DNA of 64,000 nt from an uncultured Oscillospiraceae bacterium (GTDB lineage: Bacteria > Bacillota > Clostridia > Christensenellales > CAG-138): positions 4,779-68,778 of the forward strand of contig CAYYUV010000006.1 in NCBI GenBank assembly GCA_964474405.1, written 5' to 3'. The notes below the pieces were generated by a model. The model saw only the letters and a list, made by a program, of their open reading frames with translations. It searched no databases and was not told the DNA's origin. Below, one piece after another: positions 38,054-47,590 of this stretch. Position 1 is the first letter of the stretch; each line of letters starts with the position of its first letter. Position numbers and translations under genes: made by a program.

Positions 38054-38937
38054 AGCAGTTAAGACGCAGCATGCTGTTCGTTCCGGGCAACAACCCGGGC
38101 ATGATCCGGGATGCTTATATCTACGGGTCGGACTCGATCATGTTTGACCTGGAAGACTCCGTTGCCGTCACGGAAAAGGACGCCGCGCGCTTTCTTGTCT
38201 ATCAGGCACTGACCTCTCTGCGTTACGGCCATAAGGAGCTGGTCGTCCGCATCAATGACCTGACGACCGGTCTTGGCATCAAGGATCTGGAGGCCATCGT
38301 CCGTGCGCGGCCGAATGTCATCCGCCTGCCCAAAACCGAGACCCCGCAGGATATCGTTGACTGTGAGCGTGAGATTGCGCGCATTGAAGCGGAAGCGGGT
38401 ATTCCCGTGGGCTCAACCGGCATGATGGCCGCCATTGAGAGCGCGCGAGGCGTTTTGAATGCCTATGAGATCGCCGTCTCGTCCAAGCGCCTGATCGGCA
38501 TTGCGCTGGGCGCGGAGGACTATGTGACCGATCTTAAGACCACGCGTTCCGACGGGACGGAGCTGTTTTTCGCCCGCTGCATGATCCTCAACGCCGCGCG
38601 CGCCGCCGGTATCGACGCCATCGACACCGTCTATTCCGACATCAACAACGAGGAGGGCTTCCTTGCAGAGGTCAACCTCATCAAGAAACTGGGCTTTGAC
38701 GGCAAGAGCGTCATCAACCCGCGGCAGATTCCGCCCCTGCATCAGGCGTTTATGCCGAGCGAGAAGGATCTGAACAAGGCTCGCGCCATCATGGACGCCA
38801 TCGCGGAGGCCAACGCACGCGGCAGCGGCGTCGCTTCCCTGAAGGGCAAGATGATCGACAAACCCGTCGTTACGCGCGCCGAGCGGTTGCTCGAGCTTGC
38901 GCAGGCGGCCAACGTGATCCCGGTAGAGGAGGTGTGA
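38050..38937 (+). CDS. citE: citrate lyase beta subunit (citryl-ACP lyase)
   Basis: Starts MKQLRRSMLFVPGNNPGM; about 295 aa; ATGA overlap with citD. Confidence 0.85.
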   Translation: MKQLRRSMLFVPGNNPGMIRDAYIYGSDSIMFDLEDSVAVTEKDAARFLVYQALTSLRYGHKELVVRINDLTTGLGIKDLEAIVRARPNVIRLPKTETPQDIVDCEREIARIEAEAGIPVGSTGMMAAIESARGVLNAYEIAVSSKRLIGIALGAEDYVTDLKTTRSDGTELFFARCMILNAARAAGIDAIDTVYSDINNEEGFLAEVNLIKKLGFDGKSVINPRQIPPLHQAFMPSEKDLNKARAIMDAIAEANARGSGVASLKGKMIDKPVVTRAERLLELAQAANVIPVEEV

Positions 38938-38940
38938 CGG

Positions 38941-40485
38941 ATGGACGAAAAGGCTTTTGACCGTGTCAGACAGATGCAGAAGGTGTCTCTGGTGCACGGC
39001 GCGTATCACGGCGCGCAGGTCAAGAACGTGCAGACGTTCCAGGAGCGCATGCGGGAGACCGCAAAGAACAAGATCGTTGCTTCGCTTGAGGATGCCATCC
39101 GCAAGAGTGGGCTGCGGGATGGAATGACCATTTCGTTCCATCATCATTTCCGCAACGGCGATTGTATCGTCAATATGGTGCTTGATACGATCGCGCGCAT
39201 GGGCATTCGTGATCTGACCGTTGCTGCAAGCTCGCTTACGGACGTGCATGCGCCTTTGATCGAGCATATCAATAACGGCGTAGTCACCCATATCGAGACC
39301 AGTGGCCTGCGGGGCGAGCTTGCGAGCGCCGTCTCGCACGGACTGATGGCTTCGCCCGTTGTTTTCCGTTCCCACGGCGGCAGAGCGGCCGCCATTGAGA
39401 GCGGCGAGCTGCATATCGACGTGGCCTTTCTCGGCGCACCGTCGTGCGATCCGTACGGCAACGCCAACGGTTACAGCCGGGAAGATGATGAGAATGCGAC
39501 CATCTGCGGCAGCCTGGGCTATGCCCGTCTGGATGCAGAGCGTGCCGATTACGTCATCATCATGACCGACCGCATCGTCCGCTTTCCTAACGCGCCGTTT
39601 GCCATTCCCGAGAAACAGGTTGACGCCATTGTCAAGGTGGAGAGTATTGGCGATCCGCAGGGAATCATGAGCGGCGCCACCCGTTTTACCAAGAACCCTA
39701 AAGAGCTGTTGATTGCTAAGACCGCTGCTGAGGTGATCGCTGCTTCCGGCTATTTTTACAACGGCTTTTCCATGCAGATGGGCAGTGGCGGCGCATCGCT
39801 TGCAACCGCGCGTTATCTGCGGGAAAAGATGGTGGCACAGGGGATCAAGTGCCGCTTTGCCCTCGGTGGGATCACGGGACAGATCGTTGAAATGCATGAG
39901 GAGGGGCTGGTTGAGCGGATTTTGGACGTTCAGTCGTTTGACCTGATTGCCGCCAACTCCCTCAAGAACAACCGCTTTCATCAGCAGATTGACGCCTCGT
40001 ATTACGCCAGCTATCTCAACAAGAGCGCCGCGGTCAACGAACTGGATTTTGTCGTCTTGTCCGCGCTTGAGATCGATACCGACTTTAATGTCAACGTGCT
40101 GACCGGCTCCGACGGCGTTATTCGCGGCGCCATCGGCGGCCACCCCGATACCGCGGAGGGTGCCAGCCTGACCGTTGTGGTCGCGCCTTTGACCCGCGGT
40201 CGCATTCCGACCATCGTTCGGCATGTCAACACCGTCGTAACGCCCGGTTCCGTCGTGGATGTGGTTGTGACCGATCAGGGCGTGGCGGTCAATCCGGCCA
40301 GACAGGACATTGCGGAGCGGCTGGTGGCTGCGGGTTTGCCGGTCTTTACCATCGAGCAGCTGCAGCAGCGTGCGGAACGGATTGTCGGCATACCGGAGCC
40401 CATCCGTTATCAGGATCGCGTCGTGGGCGTCGTCCTGTACCGCGACAACACAGTCCTGGATGTGATTCGTCAAGTCGAGGACTGA
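38941..40485 (+). CDS. citF: citrate lyase alpha subunit (citrate CoA-transferase)
   Basis: 514 aa, positioned after citDE, with CitF-like sequence throughout (for example SFHHHFRNGD). Confidence 0.85.
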   Translation: MDEKAFDRVRQMQKVSLVHGAYHGAQVKNVQTFQERMRETAKNKIVASLEDAIRKSGLRDGMTISFHHHFRNGDCIVNMVLDTIARMGIRDLTVAASSLTDVHAPLIEHINNGVVTHIETSGLRGELASAVSHGLMASPVVFRSHGGRAAAIESGELHIDVAFLGAPSCDPYGNANGYSREDDENATICGSLGYARLDAERADYVIIMTDRIVRFPNAPFAIPEKQVDAIVKVESIGDPQGIMSGATRFTKNPKELLIAKTAAEVIAASGYFYNGFSMQMGSGGASLATARYLREKMVAQGIKCRFALGGITGQIVEMHEEGLVERILDVQSFDLIAANSLKNNRFHQQIDASYYASYLNKSAAVNELDFVVLSALEIDTDFNVNVLTGSDGVIRGAIGGHPDTAEGASLTVVVAPLTRGRIPTIVRHVNTVVTPGSVVDVVVTDQGVAVNPARQDIAERLVAAGLPVFTIEQLQQRAERIVGIPEPIRYQDRVVGVVLYRDNTVLDVIRQVED

Positions 40486-40505
40486 TCGGATTAGTCCAAT
40501 CGATT

Positions 40506-40533
40506 AAAAAGCACCGTTTTCGGTGCTTTTTTG
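40506..40533 (+). terminator. intrinsic terminator after citF
   Basis: AAAAAGCACCG, loop tttt, CGGTGCTTTTTT: a perfect hairpin with a T-run. Confidence 0.8.
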
Positions 40534-40562
40534 TTGCATCATTTGGACTAATCTGTTATACT
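40534..40562 (+). promoter_or_regulatory. candidate promoter for the membrane-protein/M20 operon
   Basis: TTGCAT (40534-40539), a 17-nt spacer, then TATACT (40557-40562). The spacer contains one arm of an 11-bp inverted repeat. Confidence 0.45.
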
Positions 40563-40597
40563 ACATACTATACTTGGACGCTTAAGGGGGGATCATT

Positions 40598-41338
40598 TTG
40601 CCGGAATTTGATGTAAACAGTGCGTTTCTGTATACGATTGTGGGTGTGATTCTGTGTCTGGTGTTGGCGCAGGCTGTGTTCTTTCTGGTGCGCGCCTGGC
40701 GGCGTGCGCGTCATCTCGGCATGGAGAAGAAGACCCTGTGGAAGGTGGTCAGAACCAGCGCAATCTTTACCGTTGTTCCAGCCATATCCATTCTGATCGG
40801 CGTGATTGCCCTGTCTCGAAAGCTTGGACTGCCGCTGCCTTGGCTGCGCCTGTCCGTCATCGGCGCCATCACCTATGAAACGCCTGCGGCACAGGCCGCG
40901 GCGCAGGCCGTGGGCACCAGCATCGACGATGTTGCGACCATGCTGACCGCGTCACAGTATACCGCCATCGCATGGGTTATGACACTCGGCATTATGGCGG
41001 GCGTGCTTCTGACGCCGATCCTCTGCAAGGGGATTCTGGGCGGCGTGGACAAGTTCAAACAGCGCGACAAGGCCTGGGGTGAGATTCTGATGTCCGCGTT
41101 GTTCATGGGCATGATCTCTGCCTTCCTAGGCATGATCTTTGGAAAGGTCAACGAGGGGCTGGCGGGCTGGATCCCGGTGTTTGTCATGCTTTGCTCCGCC
41201 GCGATCATGTTGCTGTGCGCGTTTTTTGTCAAGATTCTGCACTGGAAATGGATGGAGGACTATGCGCTGCCGATTTCCATGGTCGGCGCCATGGCGCTGG
41301 CCATTCCCATCACAAACGCCGTAATGGCAGTGGCATAG
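40598..41338 (+). CDS. integral membrane protein (DUF5058-like, from memory)
   Basis: TTG start after AAGGGGGG. About 6 TM segments. Coding-like GC3 bias. Confidence 0.5.
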   Translation: MPEFDVNSAFLYTIVGVILCLVLAQAVFFLVRAWRRARHLGMEKKTLWKVVRTSAIFTVVPAISILIGVIALSRKLGLPLPWLRLSVIGAITYETPAAQAAAQAVGTSIDDVATMLTASQYTAIAWVMTLGIMAGVLLTPILCKGILGGVDKFKQRDKAWGEILMSALFMGMISAFLGMIFGKVNEGLAGWIPVFVMLCSAAIMLLCAFFVKILHWKWMEDYALPISMVGAMALAIPITNAVMAVA

Positions 41339-41348
41339 GAGGTGCGCA

Positions 41349-42023
41349 GTGGACAGACGAATTATGACCTATGAAGAAAGCACCCACTTTTTTGGGCGCA
41401 TCTGGACCTGGGGCATGGGCATCGTCCTCTTGATGTTCCCTGCCGCCGTTTGCCTGTATTACAACGCCTGGCCGGAGGCCGCTGGCGTGCTCAAGGGCTT
41501 CTTGGCCGTTGGCCCCATGTTCTGGGCTGTCGGCACCATCGAGGTGCTGACCTATGTGCCCATGCTTGGCGCGGGCGGGAGCTATCTCGGCTTTATCACG
41601 GGCAGTTTGACCATGTTGAAGGTTCCCTGCACGCTGACCGCGCTCGACAAGGCGGACGCAAAGCCCGGCACGCCCGAGGGCGAGGTTGTGGCGACGATCG
41701 CCATTGCCATATCGTCCATTACCACGCTGCTCATTATCTTTCTGGGCGTGCTGTTGATCATCCCGCTGACGCCCATTCTGGAGAGCCCGGCACTGGAGCC
41801 GGCCTTTAATCAGATCCTGCCCGCGCTGTTTGGTGGGCTTGGCGTCGTGCTGATCTCAAAGAACGTAAAAATCGCGATTGCGCCGATCGTCTGCATGGTG
41901 GCGTTGTTTGTATGCGTGCCGAAGCTGGCGTCAAGCGGCGCGATCTTTGTCCCCGTTGCCGCCGCCATTGCCATCGGCGTGGCGCGGATTATGTACAAGC
42001 AGGGCTGGCTGACCAAACGATAG
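41349..42023 (+). CDS. integral membrane protein of unknown function (partner of the preceding gene)
   Basis: GTG start 6 nt after GGAGG. Multi-TM. Only a 10-nt gap from the upstream gene. Confidence 0.5.
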   Translation: MDRRIMTYEESTHFFGRIWTWGMGIVLLMFPAAVCLYYNAWPEAAGVLKGFLAVGPMFWAVGTIEVLTYVPMLGAGGSYLGFITGSLTMLKVPCTLTALDKADAKPGTPEGEVVATIAIAISSITTLLIIFLGVLLIIPLTPILESPALEPAFNQILPALFGGLGVVLISKNVKIAIAPIVCMVALFVCVPKLASSGAIFVPVAAAIAIGVARIMYKQGWLTKR

Positions 42024-42067
42024 CCGTCCATGCCCAATGAGAATGCGCCCGGTCGGAAGGCGGGATA

Positions 42068-43507
42068 GTGCCTATGTGGTGGCTCGTATTTCCCATAGCT
42101 GTTGCTGCCTTTTTGTTGATACTGATATTTCGTACGCTGTTCTTTTTTCCGCGCCCGCTGATGCAGCGGGAGCCGTCGCCCGCTCCGATTGACGCAGACA
42201 AGGCGATCCGTGACCTCAAAGATCTGGTGCGCCTGCCAACCGTATCCTGCCGGGACAAGGCGCAGGAGGACGGCGCGGCGTTCGCGGCGCTGGAGGCGCT
42301 GCTCTGTGAGCGGTATCCTTTGGTGCATCGCACATGCCGCATGGAAAAGGTCGGCGACCGTGCGCTGTTGTATTGCTGGCCGGGTCTTGACAGCGGGGAT
42401 TGCAGCGTTTTTGCCGCGCATTATGACGTCGTTCCCGCAGATGCCGGCACATGGGAGCATCCGCCCTTCTCGGGCGATATTGCGGACGGCTGCTTGTGGG
42501 GACGCGGCACATTGGACACCAAGTCCACCCTTCTTGGCATTTTACACGCCGCAGAGACGCTGATCGCATCCGGCTTTGTCCCCGCTCACGACGTTTATTT
42601 TGCCTTTGCGGGCGATGAAGAGATCATGGGACACGGCGCGGAGCAGATTGTTTCCCTGCTTGACGCGCGCGGCATTCGTCCGCAGATGGTGTTGGATGAG
42701 GGCGGCGCGATCGTAAACAATGTCTTTCCGGGCGTCAAGCGACCGTCGGCGCTGATCGGGATTGCGGAAAAGGGCAGCTTTAACATCGTGCTCTCGGCGG
42801 AATCCCGGGGTGGGCATACCTCGGCTCCTCCCGCGGAGACGCCGCTTGATGCGGTAGCCCGTGCGGTGACACGCATTCGAAGACATCCGTTTCATTATCA
42901 GCTGACCGCGCCGGTACTGGGCGTGTTCGGGGCACTCGGCCGTCAGTCCAACTTTTTTGTACGGCTGGTCTTTGCCAATATCCGCGTGTTTGCGCCGCTC
43001 CTTGCACTCATCAGCCGACAAAAAGGGGGCGAGATGAATGCGCTTTTGCATACCACGGTCGCATTTACCATGGCCGAGGCGGGCAAGAACATGAATGTTT
43101 TGCCAACCCATGCCGAGGTGCGCGGTAACATGCGCCTGCTGGGGCATGACGACAAGACGCGCGCACTGCGCCGGCTGAATCGCGTCATTGCAGACCCGGC
43201 CGTTACCGTCAGCGGCATTGACGGCGGCGATCCGTCGCCCGTTTCCCAAACGGACTGTGCGGCGTACCGTCTGCTTTCCGCCGCAATCACCGAAAGCTTT
43301 CCCGGCGTGCTTGTATCACCCTATTTGATGATCGCCTGCAGCGATGCACGCCATTATCATCGCATTTGTCCGGCGGTATACCGGTTTTCCGGCATGGAGC
43401 TGACCAATGAGGACCGCCGCTTGATCCACGGGGTGAATGAGCGGATCCGGCTGGAGAAAATTGTAACCACTGCCCAGTTTTACTATCACATCCTTCATAT
43501 GATGTGA
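42068..43507 (+). CDS. M20-family metallopeptidase/amidohydrolase with an N-terminal TM anchor
   Basis: N-terminal WWLVFPIAVAAFLLILIF, then AAHYDVVPA, WGRGTLDTKS and FAGDEEI, which are M20 metal-binding and catalytic motifs. Confidence 0.8.
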   Translation: MPMWWLVFPIAVAAFLLILIFRTLFFFPRPLMQREPSPAPIDADKAIRDLKDLVRLPTVSCRDKAQEDGAAFAALEALLCERYPLVHRTCRMEKVGDRALLYCWPGLDSGDCSVFAAHYDVVPADAGTWEHPPFSGDIADGCLWGRGTLDTKSTLLGILHAAETLIASGFVPAHDVYFAFAGDEEIMGHGAEQIVSLLDARGIRPQMVLDEGGAIVNNVFPGVKRPSALIGIAEKGSFNIVLSAESRGGHTSAPPAETPLDAVARAVTRIRRHPFHYQLTAPVLGVFGALGRQSNFFVRLVFANIRVFAPLLALISRQKGGEMNALLHTTVAFTMAEAGKNMNVLPTHAEVRGNMRLLGHDDKTRALRRLNRVIADPAVTVSGIDGGDPSPVSQTDCAAYRLLSAAITESFPGVLVSPYLMIACSDARHYHRICPAVYRFSGMELTNEDRRLIHGVNERIRLEKIVTTAQFYYHILHMM

Positions 43508-43532
43508 TTTTTCCGGAGGAAAGAACGTTACC

Positions 43533-46046
43533 ATGGAACAGAAAAAAATTAATTCGGCCGTTCATTATTATTCCGAAGCGCTGAAAGGCCAGCTGCAAGG
43601 CATCCTGACCGCGCCTGTCAGCCTGATCGAAGCGCCGTCCGGCTATGGAAAGAGCATGGCTGTGACCGACGCGCTTGCCAATGTGGAGCACCAAGCGGAT
43701 TGCGAGGTCATCTGGCTCGAGGCGACCGACGAGGCGTTGGAGTTGTACTGGAAGCGGTTCTGCATGACGGTTCAGCAGATCGATGCCGCGGCGGGCGCTC
43801 ACCTGTCCCGAATCGGTTTTCCAAGCTGGGTTTCATCGACCGAGGCGGCGCAGGTCATCAAAAACATCAACCCTGAGAAGGAAACCTATCTGGTCATTGA
43901 CAATTATCATTTTGTTGCCAAAATTCCCAGCACCATCACCACCGCGCTCTTAACGCACAAATATCCCTCGATTCACATCGTTCTTATTACCGAGCACGCG
44001 GATAAGAACCTGATCGCTGCCGCCATGCATGTGCGTGCCTGCATCATAAGAACCGATGACCTGACGCTGTCCGCTCAGGATATTGCGGAGTATGCCAAGG
44101 AATCCGGCAGGGAGATCGGCATGCAAAAGGCGCGTGAGCTTTATGCGCTGAGCGGCGGATGGGCGGCCGCTGTCCGCTTGCTGCTGCTTCGGTATCTGGA
44201 GACGGACAAGATCGGCGCGTTCGCCGGAACGAACGAGCTGATAGATCACGTCGTCTGGAGCCGGATCGGGAAAACGGGCAGGGAGTTTTTGATGTGCACA
44301 AGCCTGTTCGAATCGTTTACGTTGGAACAGGCATGGTATATGATGGGTCAACCGGCGGTGGCGGATGATGCTGTCGAGCGTCTGAAGCAATCGCCGTTTC
44401 TTTCCGAGCAACAGGACGGCAAGCTGGCCGTTCATCCGCTGCTGCATCGCTTTGCCAAAACGGTGTTTCTCGACCGTGATCCGGCATGGCAGAAGGGCAT
44501 GCTCTCGCGTGCCGGGAGCTGGTGCATCTCAGCGGGGGAGACCGCGCAGGCGATCGGCTTTTACTATCTGTCGCAGGACTATGCGGCGCTCCTGAAGCTA
44601 GATCCGGTGTGCATTTCACTGGAGGAGATCAACGGGGTTCCGTATGATAGAATCGCGCGTGAGATCGCGAGCAACTGTGACAGAACGACAAAAAGTGAGA
44701 ATTTGATCGCGTTTTTGCGGCTTTCCGATGTCCTGTTCGCCGCTGGCTGCACCGAAGCCTATCAGGCACTGATCGATGAGCTGGACGATGTCATAAAAAC
44801 GGAGAAGGCGGACGATGACTCTCTGCGTGCGGAGTGGATGCTGCACGCCGTTTGGAAGGACTTTCCAGACATCTCGCATATGGGCGCTCGCTGCCGTGAG
44901 GCAAAAAAACTGCTCAACGGTGTCAGCGTATCGGTCAAGCCCTCCGATCCGTTCCTGTTTCAATGCCCGTCGCTTTGGTATCTGCTGCATATGCGTGCGG
45001 GCAAGGCGGACGATGTGGCCGAGGAGTTGGATGCGCTGATCCCATTGTATTCGGAAATGACCGGCGGGCACGGCAGCGGCGCGAACGTGCTGTACCGGGC
45101 GGAGATCGCGGCTTCCCGCGGCCAGCTTGAGGCGGCGGAGATTCTGACGTATAAGGCGGCCTTTCTTGCCGAGCATGCCAACCAGATCGGCATTCGCTAC
45201 GGAGCCGCGCTGACCTTTGGGCGCATTGCCGTGACTAAGTTCGATCAGGCGTCGTTCAGGCAGGCGATGAATTATCTGAACAAGACGCATGCTGATGCCA
45301 TGTCTGTTCAAAACACCGCCGTAAACCGGTATACTCAAGAGATTGTGCGCAGCATGCTGCTTGCCATGATGAACGACACCAAGTCCTGCGCGGGCTGGCT
45401 GCTTGACGGGGATCTTGCGCGCGGCGCCTTTGCGCCCGTTCGCGGCATGGCCGCCTATGTCTATCTGGATGATATGATCCTCAACAAGGAGTACGCGCGG
45501 GCGATCGGATACATGGAGAATATGGCCGCGCCGTTGGATCCAAAGGGATACGCCGCCATGAGGGGATATATCCTGCTCGGCACAGCCCTCTGTTATCTTG
45601 GCCTCAACAACATCAAAAAAGCCGCAGAGCATCTTCGCCTTGCCCTGGATACCGCCGCGGCAGACGGCATGTTCTCTGCGTTTTCCCGCTTTCTGCCGCT
45701 TATCGAGCCGCTGATGACGTTGCCCGGCATGAAGGATTATCGTGCCATCGTCGGCCGGATTAAGGCCATGAATCTGGAATATCTGGTCAGTGACACCGGC
45801 AGCATCCAGATCGAGGTGCCGGACACACTGCGGGTCAAGAAGGCGGTCAGCGATGAGCTGACCGGCCGGGAACGCGAGGTTGCCCAGCTTGCCGCGCAGG
45901 GCATGTATAATCGGGAGATCGGTCTGCGTCTCAACGTGTCCGAGAACACGGTTCGCGCACATTTGCGCAGCGTGTTTCAAAAGCTCGGCATCAGCCGTCG
46001 CAGCGAGCTGATTCGATGCATGCAGGGGGAAGAAGCTCATACATAG
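43533..46046 (+). CDS. large ATP-binding LuxR-family regulator (MalT/LAL type)
   Basis: N-terminal P-loop APSGYGKSM (about 43631-43660), a long helical middle region, and a C-terminal LuxR HTH (LTGREREVAQLAAQGMYNREIGLRLNVSENTVRAHLRSVFQKLGI). Confidence 0.8.
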   Translation: MEQKKINSAVHYYSEALKGQLQGILTAPVSLIEAPSGYGKSMAVTDALANVEHQADCEVIWLEATDEALELYWKRFCMTVQQIDAAAGAHLSRIGFPSWVSSTEAAQVIKNINPEKETYLVIDNYHFVAKIPSTITTALLTHKYPSIHIVLITEHADKNLIAAAMHVRACIIRTDDLTLSAQDIAEYAKESGREIGMQKARELYALSGGWAAAVRLLLLRYLETDKIGAFAGTNELIDHVVWSRIGKTGREFLMCTSLFESFTLEQAWYMMGQPAVADDAVERLKQSPFLSEQQDGKLAVHPLLHRFAKTVFLDRDPAWQKGMLSRAGSWCISAGETAQAIGFYYLSQDYAALLKLDPVCISLEEINGVPYDRIAREIASNCDRTTKSENLIAFLRLSDVLFAAGCTEAYQALIDELDDVIKTEKADDDSLRAEWMLHAVWKDFPDISHMGARCREAKKLLNGVSVSVKPSDPFLFQCPSLWYLLHMRAGKADDVAEELDALIPLYSEMTGGHGSGANVLYRAEIAASRGQLEAAEILTYKAAFLAEHANQIGIRYGAALTFGRIAVTKFDQASFRQAMNYLNKTHADAMSVQNTAVNRYTQEIVRSMLLAMMNDTKSCAGWLLDGDLARGAFAPVRGMAAYVYLDDMILNKEYARAIGYMENMAAPLDPKGYAAMRGYILLGTALCYLGLNNIKKAAEHLRLALDTAAADGMFSAFSRFLPLIEPLMTLPGMKDYRAIVGRIKAMNLEYLVSDTGSIQIEVPDTLRVKKAVSDELTGREREVAQLAAQGMYNREIGLRLNVSENTVRAHLRSVFQKLGISRRSELIRCMQGEEAHT

Positions 46047-46135
46047 TCTGTTTTGCGGAAACCGATAGTCCATTAGGACGATGTAGCTTGAATAATACGG
46101 GTGGTATACTGAATACAAAATTATGACCTTATAGC

Positions 46136-47563
46136 ATGGGGAGGGTATTCCGGTTGGCAGCAGAGAGCACGGGGTTTGCACCGGCAGATCAACAGCGCCG
46201 CCGGAGCATAGTTAGAAGCCCATACATTCGCATTCTTGCATTTCTGCTTGCTGTCGTTATGATATCGGTTACGGTATTGGCGGGCGCGAGCAGAATTTCT
46301 TTTTCATCGGAGGATTATGAGGATTCGCCGGCGTCCGGCGCCGCCGCGTATTTGTCGGAGAATACGGAGTATCTTTCGGAGGATCGCACAACCCGCGTGG
46401 AACGCCTGTTAAAAAACGCGTTCTCTGCTTCAAAGGACTTTGAAACCGCGTATACGACCATGTCCATCTGCATTGCACGGGAGAAGTATCCCGAAGCGAT
46501 TGCGGAGTGCCGCAAGTGCATCGGCTTTTGCGGCAGTAACGGTGACCTGTTGCATGAGATGTGGATGAAGCTTGGCTGCCTGATGGCACTGGATACGGAT
46601 TATGACGGCGCGATCGACAGCCTGAGCCGCGCAATCGGCCATGACGCATCCTGCTCTACCTGCTTTTTGCTGCGTGCGCAGATGTATATGGAAAAGGATG
46701 ATGCGGCAGCCGCTTTGTCCGATCTGGAGCAGTATGCCGTTCTTGAGGGCGATACGGATTCCTCCCTGCTGTTGGTGGCGGCGCAGCTCTATGAGTACGT
46801 TGGCAACTATGCAGGCGCGCTTTCCCGGTACCTGGCGATTTTGGACATTGAGGGCAACGCCGCGGATCTGCAACGTTATGCGGATTGCGCCCGCTGCGCC
46901 ATCCTGTCGGAGGATATGGACACCGCATACCGCATGGGCATGTATTATTTGAACGGCGGCGGTGCGGATACAGACGGCAATGTTCAGTACATTGTCGCCA
47001 TGTGCCTGATGACGTCCGGACAATATGCGGACGCCGCTGACCGGTTTCTCGGATCGATCGCATCCGGCTATGCGGAACCTGCGGAACTGTACCTCAACAG
47101 CACGCTTTGCCGCTATTCTGCGGGTGAATATGAAGAGGCGATCCGCACGGCGGAGCAGGGCATGGAGGCGACGGGGGACAGCGCGTCTTACCGCCAGTGG
47201 ATCGGGATGAGCCAAATGGCGATCGCCGCTTACGACGAGGCGATTGCAGCTTTTGAGGCTGCTCTCGGGATGGATGGAACGCTCGGTGAGGTTTCGTTTT
47301 ATCTTGGCCTGTGTCATCTGATTCTTGAGGAATATCAGGACGCTGTTCCGTGTTTTACGGCGGCGATTGATGCCGGGGCCGAGTTGTATACCAGCTATTA
47401 CGACCGGGGACTGTGCTATGTAAAGCTGGGAAAATGGCAGGCTGCATATGATGATATGCAAACGGTTCTCAACAGCAACGCCGATGCGGAAATGATCAAA
47501 AACGCATTGGCCATTGTATCAGAGCTGGAGCCGCTGCTTCACGCCGCCGATACAATGCAGTAG
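46136..47563 (+). CDS. membrane-anchored TPR-repeat protein
   Basis: Arg-rich N-terminus, one TM helix (ILAFLLAVVMISVTVLAG), then repeated TPR-like units (YxxAxxxxxxAL). An alternative TTG start at 46154 follows GGGGAGGG. An extended -10 (TGgTATACT) lies at 46102-46110. Confidence 0.65.
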   Translation: MGRVFRLAAESTGFAPADQQRRRSIVRSPYIRILAFLLAVVMISVTVLAGASRISFSSEDYEDSPASGAAAYLSENTEYLSEDRTTRVERLLKNAFSASKDFETAYTTMSICIAREKYPEAIAECRKCIGFCGSNGDLLHEMWMKLGCLMALDTDYDGAIDSLSRAIGHDASCSTCFLLRAQMYMEKDDAAAALSDLEQYAVLEGDTDSSLLLVAAQLYEYVGNYAGALSRYLAILDIEGNAADLQRYADCARCAILSEDMDTAYRMGMYYLNGGGADTDGNVQYIVAMCLMTSGQYADAADRFLGSIASGYAEPAELYLNSTLCRYSAGEYEEAIRTAEQGMEATGDSASYRQWIGMSQMAIAAYDEAIAAFEAALGMDGTLGEVSFYLGLCHLILEEYQDAVPCFTAAIDAGAELYTSYYDRGLCYVKLGKWQAAYDDMQTVLNSNADAEMIKNALAIVSELEPLLHAADTMQ

Positions 47564-47590
47564 CAGACAAACGGGAAAGGACTTACGGAT

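Noticed and set aside
34394-40473. Minus-strand ORFs 34394..35725 (443 aa), 35921..37468 (515 aa) and 38413..40473 (686 aa).
   Set aside because: They are antisense to aconitase, IDH and citDEF, all of which have clear family signatures. This is typical high-GC shadow reading.
44616-47461. Minus-strand ORFs 44616..46181 (521 aa) and 46430..47461 (343 aa).
   Set aside because: They are antisense to the LuxR/LAL regulator and the TPR protein. The + strand carries a clear LuxR HTH and TPR periodicity.
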